A DNA stretch of 64,000 nt from Takakia lepidozioides (Eukaryota > Plantae > Bryophyta): positions 31,558,001-31,622,000 of the forward strand of contig CM060731.1 of assembly GCA_030704615.1 (NCBI GenBank). The letters run 5' to 3'. The translations under genes and the position numbers were made by a program. A model generated the notes under the pieces. The model did no database searches, had not been told where the DNA came from, and was given only the letters and a program-made list of their open reading frames with translations. Below are positions 51,346 through 63,791 of the stretch, piece after piece. How positions within the stretch are numbered: the stretch's first letter is position 1; every line of letters begins with the position of its first letter.

Positions 51346-54300
51346 GTGTATGGCTGAGCAACAGAGATTGAAAGCATTGGTGGCTACTTCCGCTCTCCCA
51401 TTGGATATTGCACCCTCTCTACTAGCCGGGACGGTGGAGGCAGTGAGTGGGGGCGAGCACAGGATCATAGGATGCAAACACCCATGGCAGATGTGGGATG
51501 AGATGCGCAAAGAGAGAATCATTGGATCTCTCAAGCAGCAGTATAAGGAATGGGGAGGATCAGTTGGAGGCCAAGGTGGCTAAGGTTTTTGAAGAGGCTG
51601 AAGATGTTTCTTCCCCAGAGGATGTTCTCAAGGTGGCTATGGCGGAGCAAGTGGAGGCTACGTCACAGTCAGGATGGGCGGACAAGGCCCAAGAGGTTGC
51701 TATCTAGCAACCAAAGGATGTTTGTCCAGTGAATTTTTACTAAGCCAATGAGCATAGTGTAACTCATTGGCTCAATAGGCACATTGATTGTCCTACCTCC
51801 AAGCCTGGTGTACCCAAGGTTGCAGTCACTGAGGACAATTGGGAACCAGATGTTGGACCTACAGTCACCGGAGGAGAGAAACGGAGGATCCAGCGATTTC
51901 TAAGGGCTTATAGAAATTGCTTTGCCTTCAGTTTGAAGGATTTGGGGAGTTTGAAGGGTCAGGAGATTCGTATTGATTTGGCAAGTGACACGCCAATCTT
52001 TTGAAGGCCCTACAGGTATAGTGATATGGAAAGGTCTTTGATCCAGTCACGGACTATGGAGTTGTTCGAAGCTGGATTGGTGGAGTTGTAAGGCGGGGAG
52101 TATGCCTCGGCAATGGTGATGCCAGCTAAGAGAGATACCTATGGCAATTGGACAGAAAGAAGGATGTGTGGGGACTATCATCCTGTGAACCGTCAAACTA
52201 AGTCCAATAGATATGCCATGCCAACTCCAGAGGAGATCTTTGATGCCATTGGGCAGGCAAAGGTGTTTAACACATTGGACTTGCGATCCGGTTACCACCA
52301 GTTGCCAATCAAAGAGGCTGACAAGAAAAAGACGACATTCTGGGGGATTGACCAACATGGGAAAGATTGCTTGTACCAATGGCGGTTCCTACCGTTTGGG
52401 TTGAAGAATGCTCCTGCAAAGTTTCAGAGGGTCATGGATAGGATTCTTGCGGGGCTAGACTTCGCCCGGTGCTACATTGATGACATCATCATCTTTAGTG
52501 CTACGATTGAGGAGCACGAGAGACACCTTCAGATGGTGTTTGAGCGCTTGAGAGCGCATGGGTTGAAATTGCACCCTGGGAAGTGCAAGTTCTTCCATAA
52601 CCAGATTGAGTATCTGGGCCACATGATATACCCTGGAGGATTGGGTGTTCAAAAGACGAAGGTGGAGGCCATTGCACGCATTCCACGCCCCATCGATGTT
52701 AGCAGAGTTTGTGCTTTCATGGGGTTGGCAAACTACTATCGACAGTTTGTCAAGGGATTTAGCAGCATTGCAAAGGCTCTTACCAAGTTGACCAAGGTGG
52801 GTCAGGAGTGGCAGTGGGAGGAGGAGCAGGAGGAAGCCTTTGAGGAACTCAAAGTTCGATTGACTTCCGCGCCTATTCTGAGGCGGCCTATTCAGGGGCG
52901 GTCTTTCCAGCTACATACGGATTGGAGTATGCTGGGGATTGGAGCAGTGCTCACACAGGTGGATGATGAGGGAAGAGAGTTCGTAGTGGCATATGCTAGC
53001 CGCTCGAACAATGATGCCGAGGCGAAGTATAGTTCTTATGAAAGGGATTGTCTAGCTGCAGTATGGGCAGTGGCACATTTTAGATGCTACCTCTATGACA
53101 ATCTCTTCACTCTTGTCACGGATCACCAACCATTGAGGTGGTTGATAGAGACAGACAAGCTTACAGGGAAGCTTGCATGTGGGGCACTTATGCTTCAAGA
53201 GTACGACTTCCAGGTGGTGCATCGAGCCGGAATGGTCAACCGTGATGCAGATGGATTGAGTCGCAATCCATGCACAAGTGAGCTTGATGATACAGGAGCT
53301 CGTTGGCATGGTGAGATGGACGAGGAGATGGTGCCAGGATGGCACACATCTGCCTTTTTATGCATTCTAGCAATGGGAGCTCAAGCTGGTCCATCCCATG
53401 TGATTGGTCATATAGATCCAAGAGGTTCAAGTGGGAGGGGACTCACGTACTCCGAGTATGGGAGGATGGACGAGTGAGGATTGTGCCTCATCCAACACAA
53501 CGAGCGCGATTGGTACGCCATGCCCATGAGGAGTTGAGACATTTTGGGGTGCGGCGCACTCATAGTTTGCTGCAAGGATAGTATTGGTGGCGGGGCATGC
53601 ACACGGATGTGCAATAGTTAGTGGCAAGGTGCATGGTGTGTGATAGAGTGCGGGCTTCTTTCAATGCACCTACTCCACAATTGCATCCTTTACCCTTTAT
53701 GGGTTTGGGCTATCGTTGGAGTCTTGACTTCGCAGGCCCATTGCCACTGACGATTCGCCATAACAAGTATGTGCTGGTGATGGTGGAACATTTCTCTAAA
53801 TGGATTGAACTGGTGGCATTGCCTGACAAGGCAAGTGAGGGGGCTGCATATGCATTCTTAGATCGAGTGCTTAGCCAATTTGGTGCTCCAGCCGAGGTAC
53901 TCACGGACCAGGGGAGAGAGTTCTTGGGGGAGTTTCAGGCTTTGTGTGAGCATGCCTTGATAGATCACCGCACTACTTCTCAGGATCATCCCGAGGCTGA
54001 TGGCTTGGCCGAGAGCAGTCAAGCGAGGCTTGCGCAAGTATGGCTTGCAGAAGGGACACTTGGGAGATTGGGACCTTCAGCTACCTTGGTTGGCCATGGG
54101 TTATAGGTTTAGCAAGCAAGCATCACTTGCCTCATTCTCGCCTTATTTCTTTCTCTTTGGCCGAGAGCCAGATTTGCCTGCGTCTATTCGCTGGGAGACT
54201 GCAGTAGTCCTCAACCTTGATGATCCGGATGTGTTGACACAAGCATGTGCCCAACGGGCAGAGTTGTTCAAGAGAGTCATGCCTATGGCTTTTGAGAACC

Positions 54301-54611
54301 TTGCTATTGCCCAACACCGAGACACATTGAGGTACGCCACTATACGTGGAGGGGGATATCGGCCAGGTGTTCGGCGTTTCCATCCTGGGGACTATATGTA
54401 TCTGCAGCAGACAGCGCCTACGACCTTGGATGTCACAGTAGGTCGTGTGATTCTAAGGGTCCGGGAGGTGTTGCCTTCAGGAGTGTTGATTTTGGAGGGT
54501 CGAGATGACATGGTATGAAAGGACCATGTGCACAATTGTGCGCCATGTCACCTTCCGCATGTGGATGGGAGGATAGATCCCAACTTTGCAGTGGTACCTG
54601 CAGGGTTGCGT

Positions 54612-54748
54612 TGCATGCTATGTGGGCATGCTGGTGGTGCCGCGACCATGTTGGTGTGTGACAACTCAAGGGGGTGGCACATGGGATGCTTGACACCGCC
54701 ACTTGAGGAGGTTCCTAGTGGAGAATGGTTGTGTCCACGATGCCTTGG
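54612..54748 (+). other. PHD finger at the C-terminus of Gypsy-B integrase
   Basis: CMLC...MLVCDN-SRGWHMGCLTPPLEEVPSGEWLCPRC is a C4HC3 pattern with the fourth Cys missing. Confidence 0.9.
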
Positions 54749-57700
54749 ATAGAGGTAATGGGGCATGACAGTGGTGAGGTTGACAAGTGATCCAAGGTCT
54801 AGCTAACGGGAGTTCGATGCCATGGACACCCAATTGAAGCCATGGATTGCAGGAAGGCGAGTAACAATGGGGGTATTTTTGCACCCGGCCTCTTGATCTA
54901 TTGACTTCAGATAGTAGGACTTGGGCGATTGATGACCAAGCGATGATCTTATTGAGATGGATACTTGTCGGCTATCCGGTGTTAGAGGGACCTAATCACT
55001 AGCTAGGGGGGCGATTGTGGCATGGCTTTCTAGGACTGTATGCTTAGAATGTGTGGTGGATAGCAATGTATGTTGTGGCACGATGCTTAGGTGCACGACA
55101 GCTGTCATGGTTTTAGTCATGGTTAACTAGAATTACCTACTTCTAGTTAACTAGGACATTTTGGATATTTATATTTGTATTTTGTGTGTTGGGACTTCAT
55201 TTGGTCTCATATGCCAAATGAGGTATCAAGCCTCACTTGGGACATGGGAAAGGGGTTTTCCCCTTGTGAGTGTTGAGGAGGGCTCATCTTCTTGTAGTTG
55301 AGCCTCCATGAGCTTCTCTCACCTCCATAGCTCTAGGTATTGAGAGGGAGTGTGTTGAGGGATTTGTAGGGTGGAATCCCTTAGCAAGGGTGCCCTTGGC
55401 TTGACTTAGTTTATATGATAGAGTGGATTTCACTTGGAAGGACTAGGGCTTGTTCTTCATGTGATTGCTTCATGCTTTGAGAGCTTTCATGTCTTCTACT
55501 TCTCTTATTTCTCATCTCTTATCATTGTGGCATAGCTTTCTAGGACTGTATGCTTAGAATGTGTGGTGGACAGCGATGTATGTTGTGGCACGATGCTTAG
55601 GTGCACGACAGCTTTCAAAGATAAATGATCAGTTTCAATAGTAAAATGACAACCATGCAAGTATTGCCTAAAATATTTGACCCCAAAGATAACTGCAAGT
55701 CCTTCCTTGTCAGTGATAGAGTAGTTACGCTCATGTTTATCAAGGCGGCGGGAAGCGTAGGCAATGGCATGCTCCTTGCTATTCTGAATCTGGCTCAACA
55801 CTGCACAGATGGCTAAATCACTGGCATCAGTTTGCAAGAGGAATGGCAAGGTGAAATCAGGATAAGCAAGCACAGGAGCAGAGGTTAATGCAATTTTGAG
55901 TTCTCAAAAGTAGAAGTCTCTATAGTTCCCCATATAAAATGAGCATCCTTGGATAATAGCCTAGTGAGTGGAGCAGTAATCTTAACAAACTGAAAAATGA
56001 AGCGACGATAGTAAGAGCCTAAGCCTAAGAAGGCTTTGACACATGTTTTGTCCCTAGGAGTAGGATAGTTCCACACAGCATGGATCATACTTGGGTCAGG
56101 ACTGATGCTAGCAGCAGAAAGTAGATGGCCTAGGAAATGGAGCTGCTCCATACAAAAATCACATTTCTTGGCTTTAACTTTAATCCCGGCTGCACGAAGC
56201 CTGCACACAACCCTCGGTAAATCCAGCAGATGTACATCAAATGTGGTAGAATAAATATTGATGTCATCAATGTAAATTAAAGCACACTCCCAATGAAGGT
56301 TGCCTAGAACAATGTCCATAAGACGCTAAAATGTGGCAACACTTGGCATTACACAGGCCAAAAGGCATGGTTTCAAATTGGAAGAGGCCCATTCTGCAGG
56401 TGAAGGTAGTTTTCTCTCTAGCAGCAGCAGTTAAAGGAACTTGCCAGAATCCGGAGGCTAAATCCAATGAAGAGAAGATAGTGGCCCCATTAAGCTGGTC
56501 TAACGTTTCGTTAATGCGTGACAAAGGGTAGACATCTTTCTTTGTGATGGCGTTCAAACGCCAAAAGTCCACACAAAAATGGGTTGAACCATCCTTCTTA
56601 CCCACCAAGACGATGGGACTGGCCCAAGGAGATATGGAGGGGGTGATGACATCAACATCAAGCATCTTGGTAATTTTTTTGTGAATGACCTTACGCTCAC
56701 AAACACTCTCCCTATAAGCATGTTGTTTGATAGGCTTACCACCGTGACGATGTCATGATCAAGAAGGGTGGTGCGGCCTAAGTCATGGGGCCCCTTACTA
56801 AAGATGTCGAGATTGTCACGGAGAAACACATGCAACGAATCTGCGGAGGAGTAAGGTGATCACCCACTTTGATGTCCTTTAAGACCTGCTGGAAATGCTG
56901 CTCTTGCTCAGGAGTGAGCGTTCCACTGTCAGTGGAGCTGGAGTGTGAGGCAAACATTTGGAGTTGGTCTATAGGAGAATCCATCAGTCCAATATCATGA
57001 AGACTGAGGCCATTCTGAGCAGAGGCCAACTCAGACAAGGGAGAAGCAGTGAGCCTAGCGAGGACCTGACCTTTGCGAATACTGATGCTAATACGTTTTG
57101 GGTTAGCAACCAGTAATCTGACCTCACCCTTAAATCCCCTGTCAAGAACCCCAGAAGCAATTAGACAGTGTTTTTGTAGGGTAAGTTTTTTCCAACCTTC
57201 TATCTCAAGGAAATGAATTATGGTGACAGTGTTTCGACATATCACACTGAGTTGCGAACTGCCATCTGTAAGTCAGTTCTAATTGCCTCTGAAAGACCAG
57301 CTATTTTGAAACATTGTTTTGTAAAGGGAAGGGCCTGCCCCTTGCTGAGAAAGTGTTTCTTCAAAAGCAAACCTACACTACCGATGATGAGATGGTGGAA
57401 TTGATTGAAGAGAGGCTCCGTCTCAAAGCTGCCAAGGCAGGCCTATCTAAAACTACCAACAGCGCACACTCATCTAGCTAGTGACAGTCGCTGTAGGGAA
57501 CATACTGATGGGAACCTTGGGGTGAAAGGTATTACAGAAGATCTGGTCCCTTCTATTGTGCATGAGTTGTCATCTTTTTGTAATGAAATCCAAGGAGAAC
57601 TACAAGCCTTCAAAGCTGAGGTAGGTTGGAACTCTGCAGTCCTTGCCAAATCAGGACTTCAAGGTAAGGTCAATGCTGGTATTCATCATGAAGCCAGGAC

Positions 57701-60700
57701 TTCCGTGGTGGCCTGCATGATATGCAAGTCCACGAAGCATTACACCAGGTGGTGCCCTTACCAATCTGACTTACCTGCTCTGATTGAATAGTTACAAAAA
57801 GACAAAAAACAGAAGGGTACTTTAAACGAACCTGGTCATCTGTGAGGGTGCTAGATGACCGTGGTAAGAACCCCAAGCCTATGGTAAGTGCTGTTCTCTC
57901 TCGTGATTTCAAATTCATGCACTGTGAAGCATATAAACGTATCAGTAGGGACCGGATCCCACCCATTGACGATGCAATGTCATGTGGGGCACATTTTCCT
58001 TTTCTTGTGTTATAGATACTGGATGCACCATGTCAGCCATTCCACTTAGCACAGTTTGAATCCTTTGATTAAAAATTAGCCTGGCCCGTGGCTTTGAAGT
58101 TACCATTGCTGATGGCACGGCCTATGAACATGATAGGGTTGGTCACTTTGCCTATTCGCATTAGTGGAAAGATTGTCTTGCTTACCTACATTGTCACCAT
58201 GGGTGATCAAATTTTACTTGGGCTGGATTGGATGAAGGGCGCAAAGGCTAGCATTAACATCATGAACAATCTGATGTGCCTGCACAATGGTGAGGGACAA
58301 CCTTACAAAGTAAGCTTAAGCCATGTTACTATTGCTGTTGGGACCTCTATGGCCAACTATTCTCGTCTCAAGCTTCAAGCTGAGCCGATGAAGGAGCAGG
58401 CGGGTTTGCATTATAATTGGGCCAGGTTCAGCCAGTTTCAGACACCTAGTGATAATCTGTACCAATGGCATTTCCCTCCACCAGGTATGAAGTCTGGACC
58501 CCCTCTACCCGTTGCAAAAAATACCATGTTGATCCGTGCTCCAGTTGACTTTGTTATCCCTGTTTTTTCTCAGCGCATAGTACCTATAGGTCTGGCTTTT
58601 GCTTGTCCAAATCAGGAGTAGTGTAAGCTATGGGCTTTTCTACTCGAAAAAGCTTCCGAGCCAATTCTCTCACGTCTACCCAAGTCAGATCGTTCTTGTC
58701 TTTGATGTTGGATTCAAACAATCGCCTGGCCTCTCCCTTGAGACAAATCCGAAAGGATTTTACTTGGAATCTTGTTGGCACACCATTCATTTCTGTACTG
58801 ATCTCAAAAAATTCCAAGAAGGACTCAAAATCATCCCCTAAGTTGTATTCGGGGTACTGTTGTTTATGCATGCGCTCGCCAGGCTCAGACTTCCGAGGGG
58901 AAGCATCAGAGACCTCTGTCTGTCTCAGCAACATCTTCATGAGAGGGGGGAAATTGGAAATCACCCCCATAGCTTCGCATAGTTCTTCCACATCAAAGGT
59001 GGGTGGAGAGTCAGCCGCCAGATCCTTCTGTTTGAAATCTCCGGACGACTCTCCCCTCTCATAATTCTTTGGTTCATTAGCTGCTGTCTCTCCCCTCTCC
59101 TCCGCTGCACGTTGTTCCAACTCACTTAGCCCCATAGTCTCTTCTGCCTCCTTTTCTAGCATAGATCTTGTAAAAATAGGATGAGAAAAGAAAATACCCA
59201 CTAATTGTCAGACGGGGCACTGAGCTGTGAATCCCAACCAGTTACACTGTGAGAGGTTTCTTGCTGTAAGTACACGTTCCTGTGAAACTCCACACCCTCC
59301 TCACTCTTTCTACTTGACCAATGTTATCTTTCCTTCACCAAACAGAGTATGGTAGACTCTTTTCTGCCTTCTGCTTTGTATTCCTATATCTCGGGGGGCG
59401 GAAAACAGACCCCTGGGAAGATCAATACATCACTGGGGCAAAGGGAAAAATCAGTATCTGGAATGCATGTGATACGGTCCTCCCAAGTGAGCTCTCGGGT
59501 AGGGGTGGGTGGAATCCTAGGCCTCAAATTAGCAAGAAGAGTAGGAGGTACCCCCTTAACGAAACACAAACAAGGGGCTCGGCTTGCCTGGTGACAGGAA
59601 GCTTTCAAGCTCGACACCCAACTCTCGACTCACAGAAAATTGAGGAATGCCCAACATTGCACAGCTGAGAGTCTCACCCCGTCCCACCCCGTCCCAACTG
59701 CTCTGTAGCACTAGCAAGAGGAATTTGTAGGAAACTTCCCTGGAATGAAGCTTGAGAAGAAGACGAGCAACATACGCCCCTTGAAGGGACTCTTGAATGC
59801 GGCGTGAGTGAGACAAAAACAGAATGAAGCAGTTAGAATGGAACCAAAAATAAAGTAAAACAATTAAGGGCTCAACAGTTTGCTCCCTGCGCTCTGCCTT
59901 GGTGCGTATGGGTTTGGAGGGCTCCTTACGAGCAGTCTCCTCGAAGGTCTTAGCCCAAAGCTCGGAGGGAGTGTCCAGCGGGAGCTCAGGACGTGGGAGA
60001 GGCTCGCCCTCCAAGTAGTCAACAAATACTATTTGTTCTGGCAAAAGGTGACGGGCAAGCTCACAGAGTAGCAAGATTCAAGTGCCTGGGTTTGCCGCAT
60101 GTGAGGAACCTCGAATTGATCAAGCTCAAACCACCCTTGCTCACGAAACTCTCAAAACAAAGAAAAACTCGGGCAAACAGACTCTCTCTCTTTTTCACTG
60201 TGCAAAACATACTAGCTGCCATTTTGCTATCTCCTCTCTTCGCAATCATCCCAGATCTCCCGTACACAATCTACTGCCTCAGGTGCTTCGTATTAGACAC
60301 ACTTTCTGTTAACGACTTTTCTTACCCCGCATCTCCACCATAATTCCGGCACCAGGGGAATATTCCCCTTCCTCTACCGGTTTAGCGTTGTCAAGGGGAA
60401 TGTAGTTGGCAGAGGAGCCTGGCTAAGAAGACGGAATCTTACATAGAGGACACAACGGAATCACACATCCACACAACGTTCATACAGTACTCAAGCACCC
60501 CCCCTCACACAGTACGCACAGGCATCAGATGAAAACCACCACCCTTATTGCCGCGGCAGAGGGGTTTAAATAGCATTAGGGTATAATCTAATCCTAGCGC
60601 CACGCGGCACATACATATAGGCTTTCCAGATGTCGTTCGAGCCTAACCATAGAAAGTGGCCACATCATCCAGTTCCATCCTAATCTGATCCTAAACTAGC

Positions 60701-60889
60701 TGTTAGAATAAGAAATCATATAATAAAGCCTTAAGCCGTTGCCAGCTCATCCTCATGCATTAGGTAGAAGTTCATCCAGACTACATCCTAACTTCGTCCA
60801 TCCCTGCTACATCCCTCGTACATCTCCCATCATCTATCCTCTATTCATCTGAGGCGAAAAACAGGTGGGGGGGGGATCCCATCATCACA

Positions 60890-60930
60890 GGCCTCAGCCC
60901 CTGTTTAATAAATAAATAAAAATAAAACAA
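60890..60930 (+). mobile_element. LINE 3' end and A-rich tail
   Basis: GGCCTCAGCCCCTGTTTAATAAATAAATAAAAATAAAA. Joined to CAGGGCC at 31023-31029 it restores a CAGGG...CCCTG stem-loop before the tail. Confidence 0.7.
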
Positions 60931-61139
60931 CCATTAAATAATTAGTATGTCTTTAATTGAATTTAGAAGTTTTCACTTGATTTCACAAAGATATTAATTA
61001 TTATGTTGCAAAATTCAGACTTTGCATTACATAAAAAAAGAGAGAATAAGATCCCTTTCTTTGGAAAAAATAAAAAAAGGGTGGGCCCACCCTGTTACAT
61101 GTGCTATAGTGGCGGGCCCTTGGCCCTCCCTCACATTTG

Positions 61140-61393
61140 CACCCTCTTACCCGACCCGGACATCATGTGCACCCGCCCAATTTCCTATTCATGCCATGGT
61201 ATAGTCCTTGTTTTTGCCCATAATACGGGTCCGGGTCTGGGTATTGTCTTGGCAATACCAGCGGGTCCGGTTATCAACCATAGTATTGGAATTGCCAATA
61301 CCAGCCGGGTCGGTTATTAACCATAGTATTACAAAAGCAAATACCAGCCGGCCCGGTTATTCAATACCCTGGTTGATACCCGGCCAGATCCTA
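61140..61393. mobile_element. Right arm of the AATACCAGCCGG-repeat element
   Basis: Repeats AATACCAGCCGG...GGTTAT...CATAGTATT like those at 19686-19910; ends GATACCCGGCCAGATCCTA. Confidence 0.5.
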
Positions 61394-61978
61394 TCCTACA
61401 TACCAGTGCAACACCGGTCCAGACACATGTACGGCCAACTTCAAAGGATAATCTTGTTGAGAATATCTTTAAGCAATATGGAAGCAGCAATTCAGCCTAA
61501 ATTTAGCTGTGCATTCTCTGTTGTTGCAAATTGGGATCCTCATCCTCTTCCTAACTCTCTAGTTAGTCCCAGTTTTTCTGTCCTCAAGACCGACAGCTTC
61601 CTCCCCAACAACCATAGAATTTGGTGAAGTGGAATTGGGCCCACAATGAGCATGAACATTTTGTAGCTGCATCAATCGAGCATGAAATTCCATCATGTAG
61701 TGGGCACCTTGGATCCTTGTGGAAGGGAATAGTTTGCCTGTCAGTCTAGGGACAACCCTGGAACCACCAGGATATTGCAGAAAACATAACCACAACAGGA
61801 GCCCAGCGGTGACAGTTTCTTTTACTACACAAGGATAATACAAAACTTGGACGTCCCCAAGCACATAAAATGATTTCTCCTTGAACTTCACAATGCAGCT
61901 TTGTTCTGAGGGGAACGACATGTTGCCTTTAAAATACTGGACAAAAACTCTAACAAGGATGCAATTATATTGACAAAG

Positions 61979-63791
61979 CTAAAGATCAGTGTCACTCCTA
62001 GAGTCTGAGGCAAGGCCTTGCTTCGCGATTGACTTGACTTTCAAAAGCAGCTGTTTCCGGTCAACTGCCTTGTCTGTTGTGGAGATCCCATTGAGCTCCA
62101 TAAGGCGTACATCCTCGTCATCAAAGCTGGTTCCTCTTTCAAAATCAAGTGTCCTAGGTGATCTAACAGCATTTTGATTCAGGGGTGCATTCCTTAGCTC
62201 CAATAAGAGCGAGGAAGAGTAACCGTCCCCATCTCTCTCAAAAAACTTGGAAATCTCCTCCAGAGTCTTCCCTTTTGTTTCTGGGGTGTAAATGTAGATG
62301 AAGATTATTGACAGGAATGAAATGGCAGCAAACAAGGAAAAAGTTCCGGCGGTAGTGATAGCATCAGAGATAGATAGGAAAGTAAGGGCCACCGTACCAC
62401 TTGCAAGTCGGTTCATGACAACGCCGAGGCCCATAGCCTGAGCTCGCAACCTTAAAGGGAAAATCTCTGAAGTGAGAACCCAACAAATGGGGCCAAACCC
62501 AATGGAGAAGAATGCAACAAATGAGCAGATTGCTAGAATGGCCAGCACTGCAACAAATCCCGACCCATGTTTTACACCATCAAGGACAACAGGAAGCTTG
62601 TCATCTGAAGAGGGCGTTGGAGCACCTAGAAAAACAAATCCAATGGCAAGAGTAGCAAGAGACACAGTCATCCCCACAGAGCTTGTAAGCAGCAATGGTC
62701 GCCGGCCAATACGGTCAAGCCAGATGGTGGCAACCAAGACAAAGAAAGTCTTTGAAAATCCGACAGCAATGGTTGCTGCAAGCACCCCAGTTTTGCTGCT
62801 GATGCCAGCTTGGTTGAACACTGCAGGGCTGTAGTAAACAGTGGCATCAATGCCTGAAGCTTGCTGAAAAAACTGAATGCCAAGGGCAAGGACAAGCATT
62901 CGCCTCACTGTGGGCGTGGGCCACAAAAGCTCTCGCCAGATCCCTGCCCCTTGGCTTCCTGGACCCTGCAGCCACACACACACACATTATAGGCCAGTGC
63001 TCCCCTTGTAGAAACACGTAACGTGAGATCGAATATGCTGGTGGATTTAAAACAAGTTGAATCATGTTTCATTGACCAGATTGAGGTCTGAACCACCCCT
63101 ACCGTTTGCAATGTCATGCGATCCGAGCCATTCTGAGGTGTTTCTGAGTGCCCATCTAGAACATCAGACCTTGTGAGTCCTGCAGCTTCCATAATCTCCA
63201 CAAGCCGCAGATTAGCCTCAGCTTTGTCACTTGACGTCTTGAGCAATACATCCTCAGCTTCCTCAATCCGCTTTTTCATGACAAGCCAACGTGGAGACTC
63301 GGGCATAACCAGCACACCAACTGCAAGACAAATGGCTGGCGCCATTCCCAATCCTAGCATCAACCGCCAGCTCAAGTGGGCTGGTAGGCCCGAAAGAAGG
63401 AAACTAACTATGTACCCAAGAAGAATGCCAATGTTGATGAAGATTTCAGGAAGTGAAACAAGTAAGCCCCGGCTACTTGCTGGCGAGACTTCAGCAGTGT
63501 AGACAGGAGCTATCATGAGTGCAAACCCAACACCGATGCCTGCAAGTATTCGCCCCACCATGAGCACTGAAAAAGTGGGAGCAAACCCCATTACTGCAGC
63601 ACCGACCAGAAAAAACAATGCTGCAACGCCCATAGTTCCTCTCCGTCCAATGGCATCGGCCAAGCGACCAGCAGCTGCTGCCCCCAAGAGAGAGACTAAA
63701 TTCAATGAACCCACTAGCGCCTCCTCCTGCAGCTCCTGGATGGCAAGATCCTCTTTTATGAAGAGCACAGCGCCACTGATAATACCAGCAT
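61979..63791 (-). CDS. MFS sugar porter, polyol transporter (PLT/PMT)-like; exons 63103-63791 and 61979-62965; 5' exon(s) not resolved in this window
   Basis: DAGIISGA, DAIGRR, APVYTAEVSPASSRG, WRLMLG, MPESPRWL, QFFQQASGIDATVYYSP, DRIGRRPLLL, GPICWVLTSEIFPLRLR, PETKGKTLEEI. Confidence 0.93.

Larger units (their letters stand above)
48895..55613 (+). mobile_element. Gypsy-B: 5'-truncated Ty3/Gypsy with order (gag)-PR-DNMT-RT-RH-IN-PHD, PPT ~55005-55014, LTR ~55016-55524 plus a partial LTR repeat 55526-55613
   Basis: PR VLLDSGAQPL, RT RMCGDY/LDLRSGYHQ/LPFGLKNAP/YIDDII, RH LHTDWS/YASRS/VTDHQPL, IN HFGVRRT..CMVC/WSLDFAGP/TDQGREF, PHD at the end. Confidence 0.93.
46503..60889 (-). mobile_element. 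Gypsy-C: decayed dUTPase-containing Ty3/Gypsy. 5' LTR ~60362-60889, gag 58621-59201, inverted gag-PR-dUTPase block 57196-58620, dUTPase end/RT/RH 55614-57195, integrase 48055-48890, 3' LTR part 46503-46929
   Basis: Direct repeat 46503-46929 vs 60446-60889. RT SPWASPIVLV/LDLASGFWQ/YIDDI, RH LQTDAS/NYSITDKEGL, IN GLDLVGPL/TDYLTKW/TDQGTEF/NGLTERFN. PBS-like TGGTGCCGG at ~60346-60354. Confidence 0.9.
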
